This document shows positions 39,120 through 50,080 of a stretch of DNA of 64,000 nucleotides, one piece after another. Both the position numbers and the translations under genes were made by a program. Position 1 is the first letter of the stretch. Each line of letters starts with the position of its first letter. The notes beneath the pieces were generated by a model. It saw only the letters and a list, made by a program, of their open reading frames with translations, did not search any database and had not been told where the DNA came from. The DNA is from Oceanispirochaeta sp. (GTDB taxonomy: Bacteria > Spirochaetota > Spirochaetia > DSM-2461): contig CAXXXD010000003.1 in assembly GCA_963663385.2 (NCBI GenBank), positions 1,376,001 to 1,440,000 on the forward strand. Direction: 5' to 3'.

Positions 39120-39888
39120 AGGTTCATCCACGTTCTGCTTACTGATTTTTATCTCATCTCTTTTGACCGGGTCATGCGGACTGCCAGTCTATGAAGTGCT
39201 GGATCCGCCTGATATGTATAATCCGGGATCTTATCAGATTGGATTTCAAACCCCTGATGACAGCTCCATTGATGGTTATATAATCTATTATAAAATATAT
39301 GAATACAACCATACCAGCATCAGTACGGATAAAGCGAAATTCAGTGCATCCTATTATGAAAATGATGATAGTGAGCTTGATTCCGGAACATCTCTTCCCG
39401 AAAGCCTTAAATTCTATAAATTGGGGTTTACTGGTCAGTCAAATAATGAAAATTACCCGCATATTCCTTTATCAGGTTCGAATCACAATGTAATTATTGA
39501 TTTCACTTCAGCTCTCAATCAGATTTCTGATCCCGTATTGAGTATTGATGGAACAGTATACTCAGATATCCCGGCACGTGGGGTTTTATACAGCGATATT
39601 GATTCCTATACAACCAGCGAAAATACTTTCAAACGGTTTATTAATAACTATGAGTTTGAAAATCCGGAAAATGAGGTCGATGCCGATCTAAAAACCATGA
39701 GAGCAAATAACGGCGGCAGTTTAAGCGGGATCACATCAATAGAAATAGCATTTGTAGCCATAAGTTATGGAATCAGCGCAGGAACGCTTGAGCAGATGAT
39801 GAGTGTTCCCATATACCTTGGAACGGTAACTCAGAATAATTTTACGGACAATAGTTCCAATACACCTGTACTGAATAAACAAAACTAA
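39070..39888 (+). CDS. Hypothetical lipoprotein (start uncertain, possibly TTG at 39097)
   Basis: Hydrophobic stretch ending LLTGSC-GLP, a spirochetal lipobox-like site. Confidence 0.6.
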   Translation: MNLLHLKEILILQKTTRGSSTFCLLIFISSLLTGSCGLPVYEVLDPPDMYNPGSYQIGFQTPDDSSIDGYIIYYKIYEYNHTSISTDKAKFSASYYENDDSELDSGTSLPESLKFYKLGFTGQSNNENYPHIPLSGSNHNVIIDFTSALNQISDPVLSIDGTVYSDIPARGVLYSDIDSYTTSENTFKRFINNYEFENPENEVDADLKTMRANNGGSLSGITSIEIAFVAISYGISAGTLEQMMSVPIYLGTVTQNNFTDNSSNTPVLNKQN

Positions 39889-39907
39889 CCAGGAAAGGAA
39901 ATGATAT

Positions 39908-40180
39908 ATGTTAGGCAGTTATTCAACGAATTATATACTTTTATATTCGATTTGCGGATTTACAGTGGCTTTTATTGGGTTATATATTTTGCGATGGTAT
40001 TTTCTCGGGCATACTTACGGAGCCATATTAGTCGGAACCATCGGTTCTTTTCTGGGCGCTTTATTCAGTACCATTATTTTTAAAAGCGGGATTTCTTTAC
40101 TCAGTATTATTTTTTCTGTATTATTCTCAGCTTTATCTTTGATACTGTTCAGGATAGTAAGTAAGCATTATCCTGATTAA
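39908..40180 (+). CDS. Small three-TM membrane protein (GlsB/YeaQ-like pattern)
   Basis: ILVGTIGSFLG motif, three hydrophobic segments, upstream AGGA. Confidence 0.55.
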   Translation: MLGSYSTNYILLYSICGFTVAFIGLYILRWYFLGHTYGAILVGTIGSFLGALFSTIIFKSGISLLSIIFSVLFSALSLILFRIVSKHYPD

Positions 40181-40233
40181 TATTACAAAGCTTCTGATAA
40201 TATATATTCTGTCTACTTAAATAAGGATTAAAA

Positions 40234-41013
40234 ATGAGTCAAGCGAAAGAAGGATTCCAGGAATTATACGATATAATAAGAAAGCTGCGCTCCCCCGAAG
40301 GTTGTCCCTGGGACCGGGAGCAAACTCCCGAATCCATGACGGGAGACCTGCTGGAAGAAGTTTATGAAACGATTGAAGCAATCAAGGAAAAGGACGATTC
40401 TCATCTAATGGAAGAACTGGGTGATGTTTTTCTTATAGTTACCATGATCTCCTATATGAAACAGCAGGAGAACAGTTTTACCCTGAATGATGTCCTTAGA
40501 AGCATTTCTGAAAAGCTTATCCGCAGGCATCCCCATGTTTTTTCCGATTCTGATGTCAGCGACAGTGAAGAAGTCTTAAAGCAATGGGAACAGATAAAGA
40601 TTGATGTTGAAGGAAGAAAACCCAAAAAATCGATCCTTGACAAGGTCTCCAAAGGCTTACCACCCCTTGAAAGGGCCTACAAGATCCAGAAAAAGGCAGC
40701 AAAAGCCGGATTTGATTGGCCGGACATTCAAGGAGTATGGGATAAAGTACATGAAGAGATCGACGAAGTCAGAAATGTATCTCCTGATAATCCTGATCAC
40801 CTGAAGGAAGAGATCGGTGATCTTCTATTCTCTGTTGTAAACATATCACGCTATCTGGGTGTTGATCCCGCGGATGCCCTGCACGATTGTAATAGAAAGT
40901 TTTCCACCAGATTCTCCTTCGTAGAAGAAAAGATGCAGAAAGAAAATCTGAAGATGAATCAGGAGAATTTTGAAAAGATGGATCAGCTTTGGGAAGAGTC
41001 CAAATCCAAATAG
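40234..41013 (+). CDS. mazG: Nucleoside triphosphate pyrophosphohydrolase MazG
   Basis: LR...GCPWDREQT, EE.YE, EELGD, KLIRRHPHVF, GFDW, EEIGDLLF. Confidence 0.96.
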   Translation: MSQAKEGFQELYDIIRKLRSPEGCPWDREQTPESMTGDLLEEVYETIEAIKEKDDSHLMEELGDVFLIVTMISYMKQQENSFTLNDVLRSISEKLIRRHPHVFSDSDVSDSEEVLKQWEQIKIDVEGRKPKKSILDKVSKGLPPLERAYKIQKKAAKAGFDWPDIQGVWDKVHEEIDEVRNVSPDNPDHLKEEIGDLLFSVVNISRYLGVDPADALHDCNRKFSTRFSFVEEKMQKENLKMNQENFEKMDQLWEESKSK

Positions 41014-43475
41014 CTGATCAATTTTCCGAACTTCCCGTTTGCAATCAGGTTGAGCCTTGTAATTTCCATCGATTCATAAGGCTCCTCCTGCATTACTTCC
41101 TTCAAAAATTTTGATATATTATTCATTTTCTTGTTTCTGAATATAGCTCTTACAATTAGAGAACTTTCCTCTATTTTAAATTCATAATCCTTATGAACGT
41201 CCAAATAAATGGCCGCAGTATTCAGCGTTTCTACGAAATTACTCAGTTCATCATCAGATTTCCTATTGCAGAAATCAATACGATACTCAGATCCGGCATA
41301 AAGTCCCATAAGGTTTTTTTTCTTTTTTTTCATATCAGTCTGAAGTGGAAAGATTTCCAGACGGTTCACCTCAAACCCGGAAGGCAGATGAGGATTGATC
41401 CTCTCCAGAATCTCCTTATTGCTCAAATCGGGATGAATTTTCATTTCAACTCCGAGGATCTCGGCTTCTCCTGAGATTCCAACGGATAAAGGATGCGCAA
41501 ATTCCATCTTCGGTTTAGGATTGAATCCTTCCGAGAACCTGACTGGAAGACCGGAACACTGCAGAGCTCTTTCAAAAATATGGACCGTATCCAAATGCCC
41601 CAGGAATATGGCCCGATCCTTCTTTGAAAAAGAAAATACCGCCTTAACAGCCTGATCCTGAGAATAGATAGTTTCCTGCTCAGGGTTTTCCGACTCATTA
41701 AAATCAAAATTGTATTCATCCGGGTATTTTACTCCAAGCTCTTTACCGCAGACACCGCAAGGAGTCTCACACTCTGTACGGCAGGGATCGGTACGCTCAG
41801 ATTTCCCGGATTTTTCATATTCATCCCGAAGATATTTGGTGCTGACCCTAAGGGAGATATCATCCCAGGGAAGTGATTCGGTTTTGTCTTTGGCCCGACA
41901 GGTTTCAGCTTCGACATCCCAGTCAGCCTCTTCCACCACTCTCCTCCAGATATCCCTGTCGTGATGTTCGTCCCAGGCATCGAAGCGGGCTCCGTAGCCA
42001 TAGGCTTTCTCGATCAATGCCCCGGTTCGCTCATCTCCTCTACTGACAATTCCCTCGACGAAAGATGAATAGGGAGAATGGAAACCGACTTTGAAGTTTT
42101 TTCCTCTCAGTCCATCCCTGATAATTTTTATCTCTTTAAATCCTTCGCTGTCAGTCATCTGTCTGGCACGTTCAAACGGGGTATGTGGTTTTGGAATGAA
42201 AACAGCAACAGTTACATTGATTTTAATACGGGTCTCAGCCTGAATTTCCTGAAGATAATCAACAATAGCCTGACCTTCGGAGCGATCTCCAGTATCAACA
42301 GGTAATCCAACCATAAAATAGAATTTGGCCAGCTTCCATCCTCTGTTCTTCGCTTCGTTCAGGATGCTTATAATTTTATCTCTGGACACATCTTTATTGA
42401 TGGAGGCCTGACCGGTCTTATCCGGAGTTTCCACAGCAAAAGTCAACCCGCTTTTTCTTACAACAGAAAGCTGCTCCAGAATATCCATATTTAGAGAATT
42501 GACATGAAGAGACGGTAGCTGGAAAGATATATGCCTGTCCTGATAACGACGGTTTAGCTCTTTAATCAAAGGGTGAATTCCCTGATAATCTCCTGAGGAA
42601 AGAGATGTGAGTGTAATATTTCTGAAGCCGCATTCTGAAACCAGATACTCAACTTCCTTAAAAATAAGAGGAATATTTTTCTGTCTGAACGGACGGTAAA
42701 AAAAACCTGCATGACAGAATCTACAGCCATTTGAACAACCGCGCATGATCTCTACAACCCCATGCTCCTGAACGGTAGTCAAGGAAGCCAGGGGCATATT
42801 GCTGCCCTTCTCTATAGATTTCCCGAATCCGGTATAGACAGACCGGACTGTTCTGTTTTCTTTTCCGGGATACCAGTATGCCGGATCCTTTTTGATTATA
42901 TTAAAAAGATCCTCCCTGATTGCCCCGGCCTTTTTAGCATCAACAAGCTCTGCGCCGTAGTTTTCAACAAAAGGTTCCCCTTCCCCGATATAAACAGCAT
43001 CCACAAAATCAGAAAATGCCGCCGGATTTGTTGCAGAGGGGCCGCCGGCAAGAATAAGCGGGTGGGCAGAGTTTCTATCCTCCCGCCTGATAGGGATCTG
43101 ACCAACATCCATAATGGTCAGCATATTGGTTATGGTGAGCTCATACCCCATGGAAAAAGCCAGGATATCAAGCTTATTCAGGGGAATACCTGATTCCAGT
43201 GTGAATAAGGGGATATTTTTATTCCTGAGGATCTCTTCAAAATCCATAAAGGGAGCGAAAACCCGCTCACATTGAATACCTGGCACACTGTTATAGCGGT
43301 TATAAAGAATCCTGACAGCCTGATTCGACATACCGATCTCATAAAGGTCGGGAAAGGAAATGGCCATTTTCAATGGTTGTTCCTCAGGATAATAATAACT
43401 ACCTATCTCACCGCCTGTATAACGGGCCGGTTTGGAAACTTGAAGCAATTCTTTTTTTAAATCTTTATATATCAA
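40983..43475 (-). CDS. TIGR03960-type radical SAM protein fused to a TIGR03936-type radical SAM-linked domain
   Basis: KPARY.GGE, FPDLYEIGMS, RGCSNGCRFC, FIPKPHTPF, ARFDAW; C-terminal FLGHLD..ERAL...GLP..FSEGFNPKP. Confidence 0.9.
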   Translation of the reverse strand: MIYKDLKKELLQVSKPARYTGGEIGSYYYPEEQPLKMAISFPDLYEIGMSNQAVRILYNRYNSVPGIQCERVFAPFMDFEEILRNKNIPLFTLESGIPLNKLDILAFSMGYELTITNMLTIMDVGQIPIRREDRNSAHPLILAGGPSATNPAAFSDFVDAVYIGEGEPFVENYGAELVDAKKAGAIREDLFNIIKKDPAYWYPGKENRTVRSVYTGFGKSIEKGSNMPLASLTTVQEHGVVEIMRGCSNGCRFCHAGFFYRPFRQKNIPLIFKEVEYLVSECGFRNITLTSLSSGDYQGIHPLIKELNRRYQDRHISFQLPSLHVNSLNMDILEQLSVVRKSGLTFAVETPDKTGQASINKDVSRDKIISILNEAKNRGWKLAKFYFMVGLPVDTGDRSEGQAIVDYLQEIQAETRIKINVTVAVFIPKPHTPFERARQMTDSEGFKEIKIIRDGLRGKNFKVGFHSPYSSFVEGIVSRGDERTGALIEKAYGYGARFDAWDEHHDRDIWRRVVEEADWDVEAETCRAKDKTESLPWDDISLRVSTKYLRDEYEKSGKSERTDPCRTECETPCGVCGKELGVKYPDEYNFDFNESENPEQETIYSQDQAVKAVFSFSKKDRAIFLGHLDTVHIFERALQCSGLPVRFSEGFNPKPKMEFAHPLSVGISGEAEILGVEMKIHPDLSNKEILERINPHLPSGFEVNRLEIFPLQTDMKKKKKNLMGLYAGSEYRIDFCNRKSDDELSNFVETLNTAAIYLDVHKDYEFKIEESSLIVRAIFRNKKMNNISKFLKEVMQEEPYESMEITRLNLIANGKFGKLISYLDLDSSQS

Positions 43476-43486
43476 AACGTTACTCT

Positions 43487-44815
43487 CTAATTGGTATTTT
43501 TATATCGCCTATGATAAATACTGAGAAGAATCCCCATTCCCATCAGGATAGTCCACAGGGACGAACCGCCATAAGAAAGGAAAAGCAGAGGAATACCCAT
43601 AATGGGCATAATTCCAATAGCCATTCCTATATTAATCATGAAATGAAAGAATATCATACCTACCATTCCGGCTGCAATGAGAGATCCGAAGACATCTCTT
43701 GATTTTATAATTATATTGAGACAACGCCATAGGATAATCATAAAAAGGCTGATAATGACAAGGTTACCCACAAAGCCTATTTCTTCCGAGATTATTGAAA
43801 AAATAAAGTCCGTACTCTGTTCAGGCAGGTACCTGTAATGGGATTGGGTCCCCTTCAAAAAACCCTTTCCGAATGCACCGCCTGACCCTACGGCTGTTAC
43901 TGATTGAATAATATTCCAACCGGCCCCTTTGGGATCGACCTGGGGATCAAGGAACACAATAAGCCGCATTACCTGATAGTCTTTAAGGACCACTCTGAAA
44001 AGAAAAGAGAAGATGTAGGACAATCCGAATATTGTAAAACTATACATCATACAGTAGAAATAAACCCTTCTTGAGAGGAGATATCCCACCAGAGATAGGA
44101 TTATAATAACAAAGCTTACAATGCTGATGATTTTCATAATCATTGGGTCTGTGAAAACAATCATACTGTTAATCTTTACATCAGCAATAAACATTTCCCA
44201 GTAGGGAAGTACCGAAAAAACAATAGTACAAAGGCCGGTAACCAGAATAAAAAGGATATACCTTACCTTGCCTCCGGCAATAAACATAGCCGAAAGGAAA
44301 ATGGGGATAAACACCATAGCGGTTCCCATATCCGGCTGCAAAAGAATAAGCCCCATAGGCATCAGAACGATAGTAAAAGCTATAATAAAAACAAGGGGAC
44401 TCCTGATCCGGGATCGGTTATCGCTTAAATAGGAACTGAGGAAGAATATAGTAGCCAGTTTAGCTATTTCTGAAGGTTGAATACCCAGAGCGCCAATTCC
44501 AAGCCATGATCTGGCACCGTTGACAACGGCACCGAAAAGCAGAGTGAGAACAAGCATAAGTATGGTAATAAAATACAAAGGAAATGCAAGACTTTTTATC
44601 TTTCTATAATCCGTAAAGGCAAAAACAAGCATGATTACAGTACCCGTAGCGACCCAGATGATCTGCTTGATATACTCATTGGTAACTATTATACCGTTGG
44701 AATTCACACCACTGGAATAGATAAAAAAGATTCCGATACACATAAGTATCTCAATAGCAAAGAAAATAAAAAAATCAAACCCGAAAATGGATATGGAATT
44801 CAGTTTAATCTTCAA
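43487..44815 (-). CDS. rodA: Rod shape-determining protein RodA
   Basis: GARSWL, IQPSE.AK, LQPDMGT, GWNIIQS..AVGSGG, LPEQSTDFIF, SYGGSS; follows PBP2. Confidence 0.95.
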   Translation of the reverse strand: MKIKLNSISIFGFDFFIFFAIEILMCIGIFFIYSSGVNSNGIIVTNEYIKQIIWVATGTVIMLVFAFTDYRKIKSLAFPLYFITILMLVLTLLFGAVVNGARSWLGIGALGIQPSEIAKLATIFFLSSYLSDNRSRIRSPLVFIIAFTIVLMPMGLILLQPDMGTAMVFIPIFLSAMFIAGGKVRYILFILVTGLCTIVFSVLPYWEMFIADVKINSMIVFTDPMIMKIISIVSFVIIILSLVGYLLSRRVYFYCMMYSFTIFGLSYIFSFLFRVVLKDYQVMRLIVFLDPQVDPKGAGWNIIQSVTAVGSGGAFGKGFLKGTQSHYRYLPEQSTDFIFSIISEEIGFVGNLVIISLFMIILWRCLNIIIKSRDVFGSLIAAGMVGMIFFHFMINIGMAIGIMPIMGIPLLFLSYGGSSLWTILMGMGILLSIYHRRYKNTN

Positions 44816-46679
44816 ATTCTTCCTCCAACTGAATATCCCTGGCGTACCAGACTCCGCGATCCTTCATATGCCTTACAACCTCTTCATACGACTGATTGCC
44901 GAAAATCCCCTGGTAGATCATATCTGCCGCCTTGGGGGCCCACCATTCCCAATCGTTCGAGGCTTCCACCATTGTTACTACAACATATTTCTTTCCGGTA
45001 TTATCCTCCGTCCACGGTCCGTATGAAGCAAACCAGGAATGCCAGTTTTCATTACTTCCCACCTCGCCGGTTCCGGTTTTCCCCGCAATATCTACCTTAT
45101 CATTCAGTATAACGACCTTTGCTGTTCCTTCGGTTATAACTGAGCGTAAGTAGGAACGCAGAACTTCAGATTGTTCTTTATCTACATTGGAACTCCGCAT
45201 AATCTCAGGAGATCTCTCTTCCACGACGGTCCCGTTGGTCGGATTAATAACAGATTTAAGAATATGGGGTTTATATATTTCGCCATCATTGACTATGGCG
45301 GCAATCATATTGGCCATCTGAATTGGTGTAGTTGTAACAAATCCCTGCCCTATGGATGCGTTCAGGGTATCTCCGCCAGTCCAGTGGCTGTTATAGGTCT
45401 GCATTTTCCAGGCGGGTGTTGGTATATTACCCGGTACCTCTCCCTGAAGGTCTATATTAGTAAGACTGCCGAAACCGAAGGAACGGGCATATTCTGCAAT
45501 GGTTTCGATTCCCAGATATTCCACTCCAATTGTACCAAAGAAGACATTACAGGACTCAGCCAGAGCCTCCTGCAGGTTGAGTTTGCCATGACCAGTTCTT
45601 TTATGACAGTAGAACAGTCTGTTTCCCAACTCCATACTCCCCTTGCAGTCAACAAGGAAGTTTTTCTCTACAGCCTCCTCCTGTAAAACAGCCGCAGTTA
45701 AAAGGACTTTGAAAGTGGATGCGGGAGCATAGGAAGACTGAATGGCTCTGTTCAAAAAGGGAAAATCCGGATTCAGGGAGAGGGCGCCAAAGCTTTCCGG
45801 CCCGGGGTTATTGAAAAGATTGGGATTGAATCCCGGATAGGAAACCAGGGCCAGGATTTCTCCGGTAGAAGGATCAAGAACAACAACAGACCCCTTTCGC
45901 GGACCTAAAGCTTTTTCTGCCAGTTCCTGAATATGACGGTCTATGGTAAGAACCAGATCATAACCGTTTTCAGGAGGCTGAATACTCCCCTGACTGGACA
46001 TTCTACGCCCTTTTACATCAACAGTATTGAAGATTCTACCATTCTCTCCTCTCAGTATATGATCATATTCTTTTTCAATGCCGTTTTTTCCCAGTACAGC
46101 ACCTGAAGAATACCCCTGATTATACAGAATCTGAAGCTCTTCATTTGTAATATTCCCAACATAGCCCAGAACATGAGAGATGGATCCGGTTTCATTATAA
46201 AACCGCTTTGGCTTGCTACTCCAGCTTATGCCTTTGTAATCATCAATTTTCTCTGCAATTTTAACAATGGTTTCATAGGAAACCCCATCGGCTATTTCAA
46301 CCGGGATATAGGAAGCCACCTGCTTCCCGGGAAGTCGCTTCCATAAATCCTCTTCACTCATATTCATGACTTTTGATAAACGGCTGATTAATTCAGGCAG
46401 TTTATCTCTCTCTGCATCAGCAGAGGTATAGTTAATGGCAAAGGAATCCACATTCATTGCAAGGGGTACGTCAAACCAACGGTCATAGATACGGCCTCTT
46501 TGAGCTGGGATAACCTTCGATCGCTGAGATACTTCCCGAGCCTTTTTTTCATAAATGAGATTGTCTACAATTTGGAGGTTGAAAAGCTTATATATATACA
46601 AGATTACAATCAGAAGAATCAGAACGGCCAGAATATAAACCCGGCTTCTGTCAATCTTCGCATGATCCATACTACTCAT
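44805..46679 (-). CDS. mrdA: Penicillin-binding protein 2
   Basis: RGRIYDR, PASTFK (SxxK), SCN (SxN), GKTGT; lies between mreD and rodA. Confidence 0.95.
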   Translation of the reverse strand: MSSMDHAKIDRSRVYILAVLILLIVILYIYKLFNLQIVDNLIYEKKAREVSQRSKVIPAQRGRIYDRWFDVPLAMNVDSFAINYTSADAERDKLPELISRLSKVMNMSEEDLWKRLPGKQVASYIPVEIADGVSYETIVKIAEKIDDYKGISWSSKPKRFYNETGSISHVLGYVGNITNEELQILYNQGYSSGAVLGKNGIEKEYDHILRGENGRIFNTVDVKGRRMSSQGSIQPPENGYDLVLTIDRHIQELAEKALGPRKGSVVVLDPSTGEILALVSYPGFNPNLFNNPGPESFGALSLNPDFPFLNRAIQSSYAPASTFKVLLTAAVLQEEAVEKNFLVDCKGSMELGNRLFYCHKRTGHGKLNLQEALAESCNVFFGTIGVEYLGIETIAEYARSFGFGSLTNIDLQGEVPGNIPTPAWKMQTYNSHWTGGDTLNASIGQGFVTTTPIQMANMIAAIVNDGEIYKPHILKSVINPTNGTVVEERSPEIMRSSNVDKEQSEVLRSYLRSVITEGTAKVVILNDKVDIAGKTGTGEVGSNENWHSWFASYGPWTEDNTGKKYVVVTMVEASNDWEWWAPKAADMIYQGIFGNQSYEEVVRHMKDRGVWYARDIQLEEEFED

Positions 46680-46682
46680 AAA

Positions 46683-47183
46683 TTACAATGTTTTCCTTTT
46701 CGGGAAGAGCCAGTCAAGAAGAACTCGCAGCATTTGGAAAATAAGAGGCGCCAAAAGGGCATTAAGAACTATTTCCAGAAAGAAACCATTTGAAAATACC
46801 ATTACAGAATCTATTGAAATATGGAACAGTTCGATAAGTAAAACAGATAAGACACCTTTAAAAATCGTTACCACAATAAGCGTTATAATTGGAAAGATAA
46901 TAGGATCCATTAAAAGACGCTCATGAAACAGACCTGTCAAAAATCCAATAACAGTTTTTATAAAGCAGTTAAATCCGAGGGGTGACAAACTAAGGAAATC
47001 TTCCATCAATCCTGAAGCAAAGCCACTGAACTGACTTGTACTGCTCCCAAAGCGAAGGGAAAAATAAACCAGAATAATAAGAGAAAGATCGGGAGAGATC
47101 CTGAAGGGCAGATAGTGAAAAACTGTTGTCTGCAACAGGATTCCTACAAAGAGCAGAAGTACCAATACCAGGTGTTTTTTCAT
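46683..47183 (-). CDS. mreD: Rod shape-determining protein MreD
   Basis: PDL.LI, F.SGL.ED.L...PLG; synteny. Confidence 0.9.
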   Translation of the reverse strand: MKKHLVLVLLLFVGILLQTTVFHYLPFRISPDLSLIILVYFSLRFGSSTSQFSGFASGLMEDFLSLSPLGFNCFIKTVIGFLTGLFHERLLMDPIIFPIITLIVVTIFKGVLSVLLIELFHISIDSVMVFSNGFFLEIVLNALLAPLIFQMLRVLLDWLFPKRKTL

Positions 47184-48037
47184 TTGAGATCTCCTGAATT
47201 TCCTTCTGTGAGCACAAATATATATTCCAGTTTTGAAAAATCAATCACCGGTACGACTTCAATTTCAAGAGACGTATTATATTCCCTGGAAGTAATACTC
47301 TGAACCCTTCCAATATAAATCCCCTTGGGATAGAGAGACTCCATGCCCGATGTTATAATCAGGTCATTATTTTGGATTTCTGATTTGGCGATTTTTTTTA
47401 CATAATTCATAATAAGGTTTTTTTCATTGCTGCCCAGCCCGTTTATCAGACCTTCATAGCGGGCATCCTGAAACCGAGCCGCAACATAGCTTGTACTGTC
47501 ATAAATTGGTAGAATAATGGAAGAACCGTAACCTGCGTCAATTACCTTCCCTACAAGACCGATTATTCCGTCCTGATATGCTGTAACGGGCATACCCTTC
47601 CGGACGCCATGCCGCCGTCCCTTATTGATCATAAAGGATGAAAAAACATTAACCGGGTCCTTGGCGATAATTTCTGCCGGGATATGAGACGTTTCAAAGG
47701 ATTCAGAAAAATCCAGCTGCTCTTTAAGCATAATGTTTTCTCTTCGGATTTCTTCAATATTCTTATCCATTTTTTCGTATTCATTGAGTTTCTGCAAAGT
47801 TTTGTCATATTCAACTTTGAGATTCTTCAATTCATTTATGGAATTTACTGTTCCTGAAAACCAGTGAACAGTACCGAATATTCCCTTCTGAAAAACCGAT
47901 AAAACACTCATCCCAACCTGTTTGGGATTGGATAGACGTGAGTTTGTTGAAAAAACAAGCAGGGTCAGGCTTATCAGTAACAGTAATATGAACGTGGGCA
48001 GCTTTTTCATACTGCTGCCCTGTATCTGTCGACTCAT
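47180..48037 (-). CDS. mreC: Rod shape-determining protein MreC
   Basis: TM plus coiled coil (EN..LKE.L), INKG...GV..GMPV, GLVGKV, TSG...YPKGI.IG. Confidence 0.93.
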   Translation of the reverse strand: MSRQIQGSSMKKLPTFILLLLISLTLLVFSTNSRLSNPKQVGMSVLSVFQKGIFGTVHWFSGTVNSINELKNLKVEYDKTLQKLNEYEKMDKNIEEIRRENIMLKEQLDFSESFETSHIPAEIIAKDPVNVFSSFMINKGRRHGVRKGMPVTAYQDGIIGLVGKVIDAGYGSSIILPIYDSTSYVAARFQDARYEGLINGLGSNEKNLIMNYVKKIAKSEIQNNDLIITSGMESLYPKGIYIGRVQSITSREYNTSLEIEVVPVIDFSKLEYIFVLTEGNSGDLK

Positions 48038-48046
48038 GTTAAGCTA

Positions 48047-49096
48047 TCAGGCGTTCAGATTATCATAAATGCTGCGACTGCTGTTTGCTCCCTTCTCGTA
48101 CTCAAAGTACATTCCAGCACCCAGTGCAACACAGAGGAGTGGATTCTCAGCAAGGATAACAGGAACACCGGTCTCTTTAGAGAGAAGTTTGGGAAGGCCT
48201 TTCAGAGCAGATCCGCCGCCAGTCATCACAATTCCTCGCTCTACAATATCGGAAGCCAATTCCGGAGGAGTCTGACCAAGAGTCCTTTTAACTTCTTCCA
48301 CAATGGCATTTATTGGTTCCTGCAGGGCTTCCCTTACCTCAACGGAGTCTATTTCAAGTCGTCTGGGAAGGCCGGTAATGGCATCAGTACCCTTAATTTC
48401 CATCTTTTCTATTTTATTATCCGGAGCGGCATTGCCAATATTGATCTTCAGACGCTCTGCCGTTTGTTCTCCTATAATGAGGTTGTGAACATTTCTGACA
48501 TGTTTAATAATTGCCACATCAAAACTGTCACCGGCCAAACGTATGGCATTGGTTACAACCATACCTCCAAGAGAAATAACGGAGATTTCAGTTGTTCCTC
48601 CGCCGATATCGCATACCATATGACCGGCAGGTTCAAATATGGGAATATCCGCACCGATAGCTGCGGCAAGAGATTCCTCAATAATTTTGACTTCCCTTGC
48701 TCCCGCTTTAAAAGCAGCCTCCTCAACAGCTCTTCGTTCAACTTCAGTAATACAGGAAGGAACACCTATAACCATTCTGGGCTTAACGATCCATCGTTTC
48801 GGGAGAACCTTTGCTATAAAGAAACGGATCATTTTTTCAGTTGATTCCATATCTGCTATAACACCGTCTCGAAGAGGTCTTATAGCGAGGATATCTCCGG
48901 GAGTTTTCCAAAGCATTCTCTTTGCTTCAGTTCCGACAGCAACAACTTTCTTTGTTCCCCGTTCAATGGCCACAACAGAAGGCTCACTACTGACAATACC
49001 TTTTCCCCTGACATAAATTAAAGTATTACAAGTTCCAAGATCAATTCCTATATCTGTTGAAAAACCGCTGAACAGTTTATTATTAGAGCGAGCCAT
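48047..49096 (-). CDS. mreB: Rod shape-determining protein MreB
   Basis: [44 protein letters not shown]. Confidence 0.97.
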   Translation of the reverse strand: MARSNNKLFSGFSTDIGIDLGTCNTLIYVRGKGIVSSEPSVVAIERGTKKVVAVGTEAKRMLWKTPGDILAIRPLRDGVIADMESTEKMIRFFIAKVLPKRWIVKPRMVIGVPSCITEVERRAVEEAAFKAGAREVKIIEESLAAAIGADIPIFEPAGHMVCDIGGGTTEISVISLGGMVVTNAIRLAGDSFDVAIIKHVRNVHNLIIGEQTAERLKINIGNAAPDNKIEKMEIKGTDAITGLPRRLEIDSVEVREALQEPINAIVEEVKRTLGQTPPELASDIVERGIVMTGGGSALKGLPKLLSKETGVPVILAENPLLCVALGAGMYFEYEKGANSSRSIYDNLNA

Positions 49097-49128
49097 AATT
49101 CCTCCAAGTATTCAAATTATAATTAGTT

Positions 49129-50055
49129 CTAATTGTACAATCTTAACCTTGCTCCGCGATGCTCCGGATCCAGCCTGAGGGTCTTATGCCATTCACTTCG
49201 GGCATCACCAAACTGATCCAGATAAAAATAAACCTCTCCCAACAGAAAATGAGCCTCAACTCCAGTAGGATCGAGTTCATTCAACTGAATAAACGTATCG
49301 CGGGCCATTGAGAGATTTTTTATATCATAATAGAGTTTTCCCAGTTGAAAAAGCCCCTTTTTCTTTAAAGATTCATCCTTGGTTTCAGAAATGAGAATGT
49401 TATAGTAATCTGCGGATTTTTCGTATTTACCGTAATTGAAACAATCTTCAGCGATTTTCAAATACAAGCGGTCCGAATCATAATAAGTCAGTGCCTGTTC
49501 ATAATACTCAATACTCTTTTCAAAATTTCCCAGAATAGAGTATGCCTCACCCATATGTTCATAGGTATCTGAGCTCTCATATCCCATATCCCGGGAGTTC
49601 TGCAGATATTTCAGAGAAAGATCAGCATAGTATTTTCCCTTTAAAAGGTAGGATTTACCAAGTGTGTAGTATACTATTTCCTTTTTGGGAACACTCTCAA
49701 GTATCAGGAGCTTTCTTAAAGCTACAATAGCCAGATTCAGATAAAACCGTTCCTCCTGAACCGAGATCTGTGATAATGCAAGATAGTAGGCGGACAGTCC
49801 TGTAAACAGAAGACTGTTGGGCTCCATCGGGTTGCTTTCAAGATTATTCTGAGTTATGGAGAGGATTTCACTGTACTGGTGATTATTCCAGTACTCCAAT
49901 AGATTCTGATCGGCGGGATGAGAGTTAATCTGCTCGGAGAATTTGTCCGCGCCCCTCAGCAGACTCCATAAAATAAGAGGTGCAACAGTCAGAAAAAAAA
50001 CGAGGAATAGAAGAGAAATCCCTTTTTTTTGCATTCTCCGTTCATTTTTTTTCAC
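49129..50055 (-). CDS. Membrane-anchored TPR protein upstream of mreB
   Basis: N-terminal TM, multiple TPRs (AHFLLGEVY...ARSEW.KTL.LDP). Confidence 0.75.
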   Translation of the reverse strand: MKKNERRMQKKGISLLFLVFFLTVAPLILWSLLRGADKFSEQINSHPADQNLLEYWNNHQYSEILSITQNNLESNPMEPNSLLFTGLSAYYLALSQISVQEERFYLNLAIVALRKLLILESVPKKEIVYYTLGKSYLLKGKYYADLSLKYLQNSRDMGYESSDTYEHMGEAYSILGNFEKSIEYYEQALTYYDSDRLYLKIAEDCFNYGKYEKSADYYNILISETKDESLKKKGLFQLGKLYYDIKNLSMARDTFIQLNELDPTGVEAHFLLGEVYFYLDQFGDARSEWHKTLRLDPEHRGARLRLYN

Positions 50056-50080
50056 AATTTCCCCTCATAAATATAAAAAA

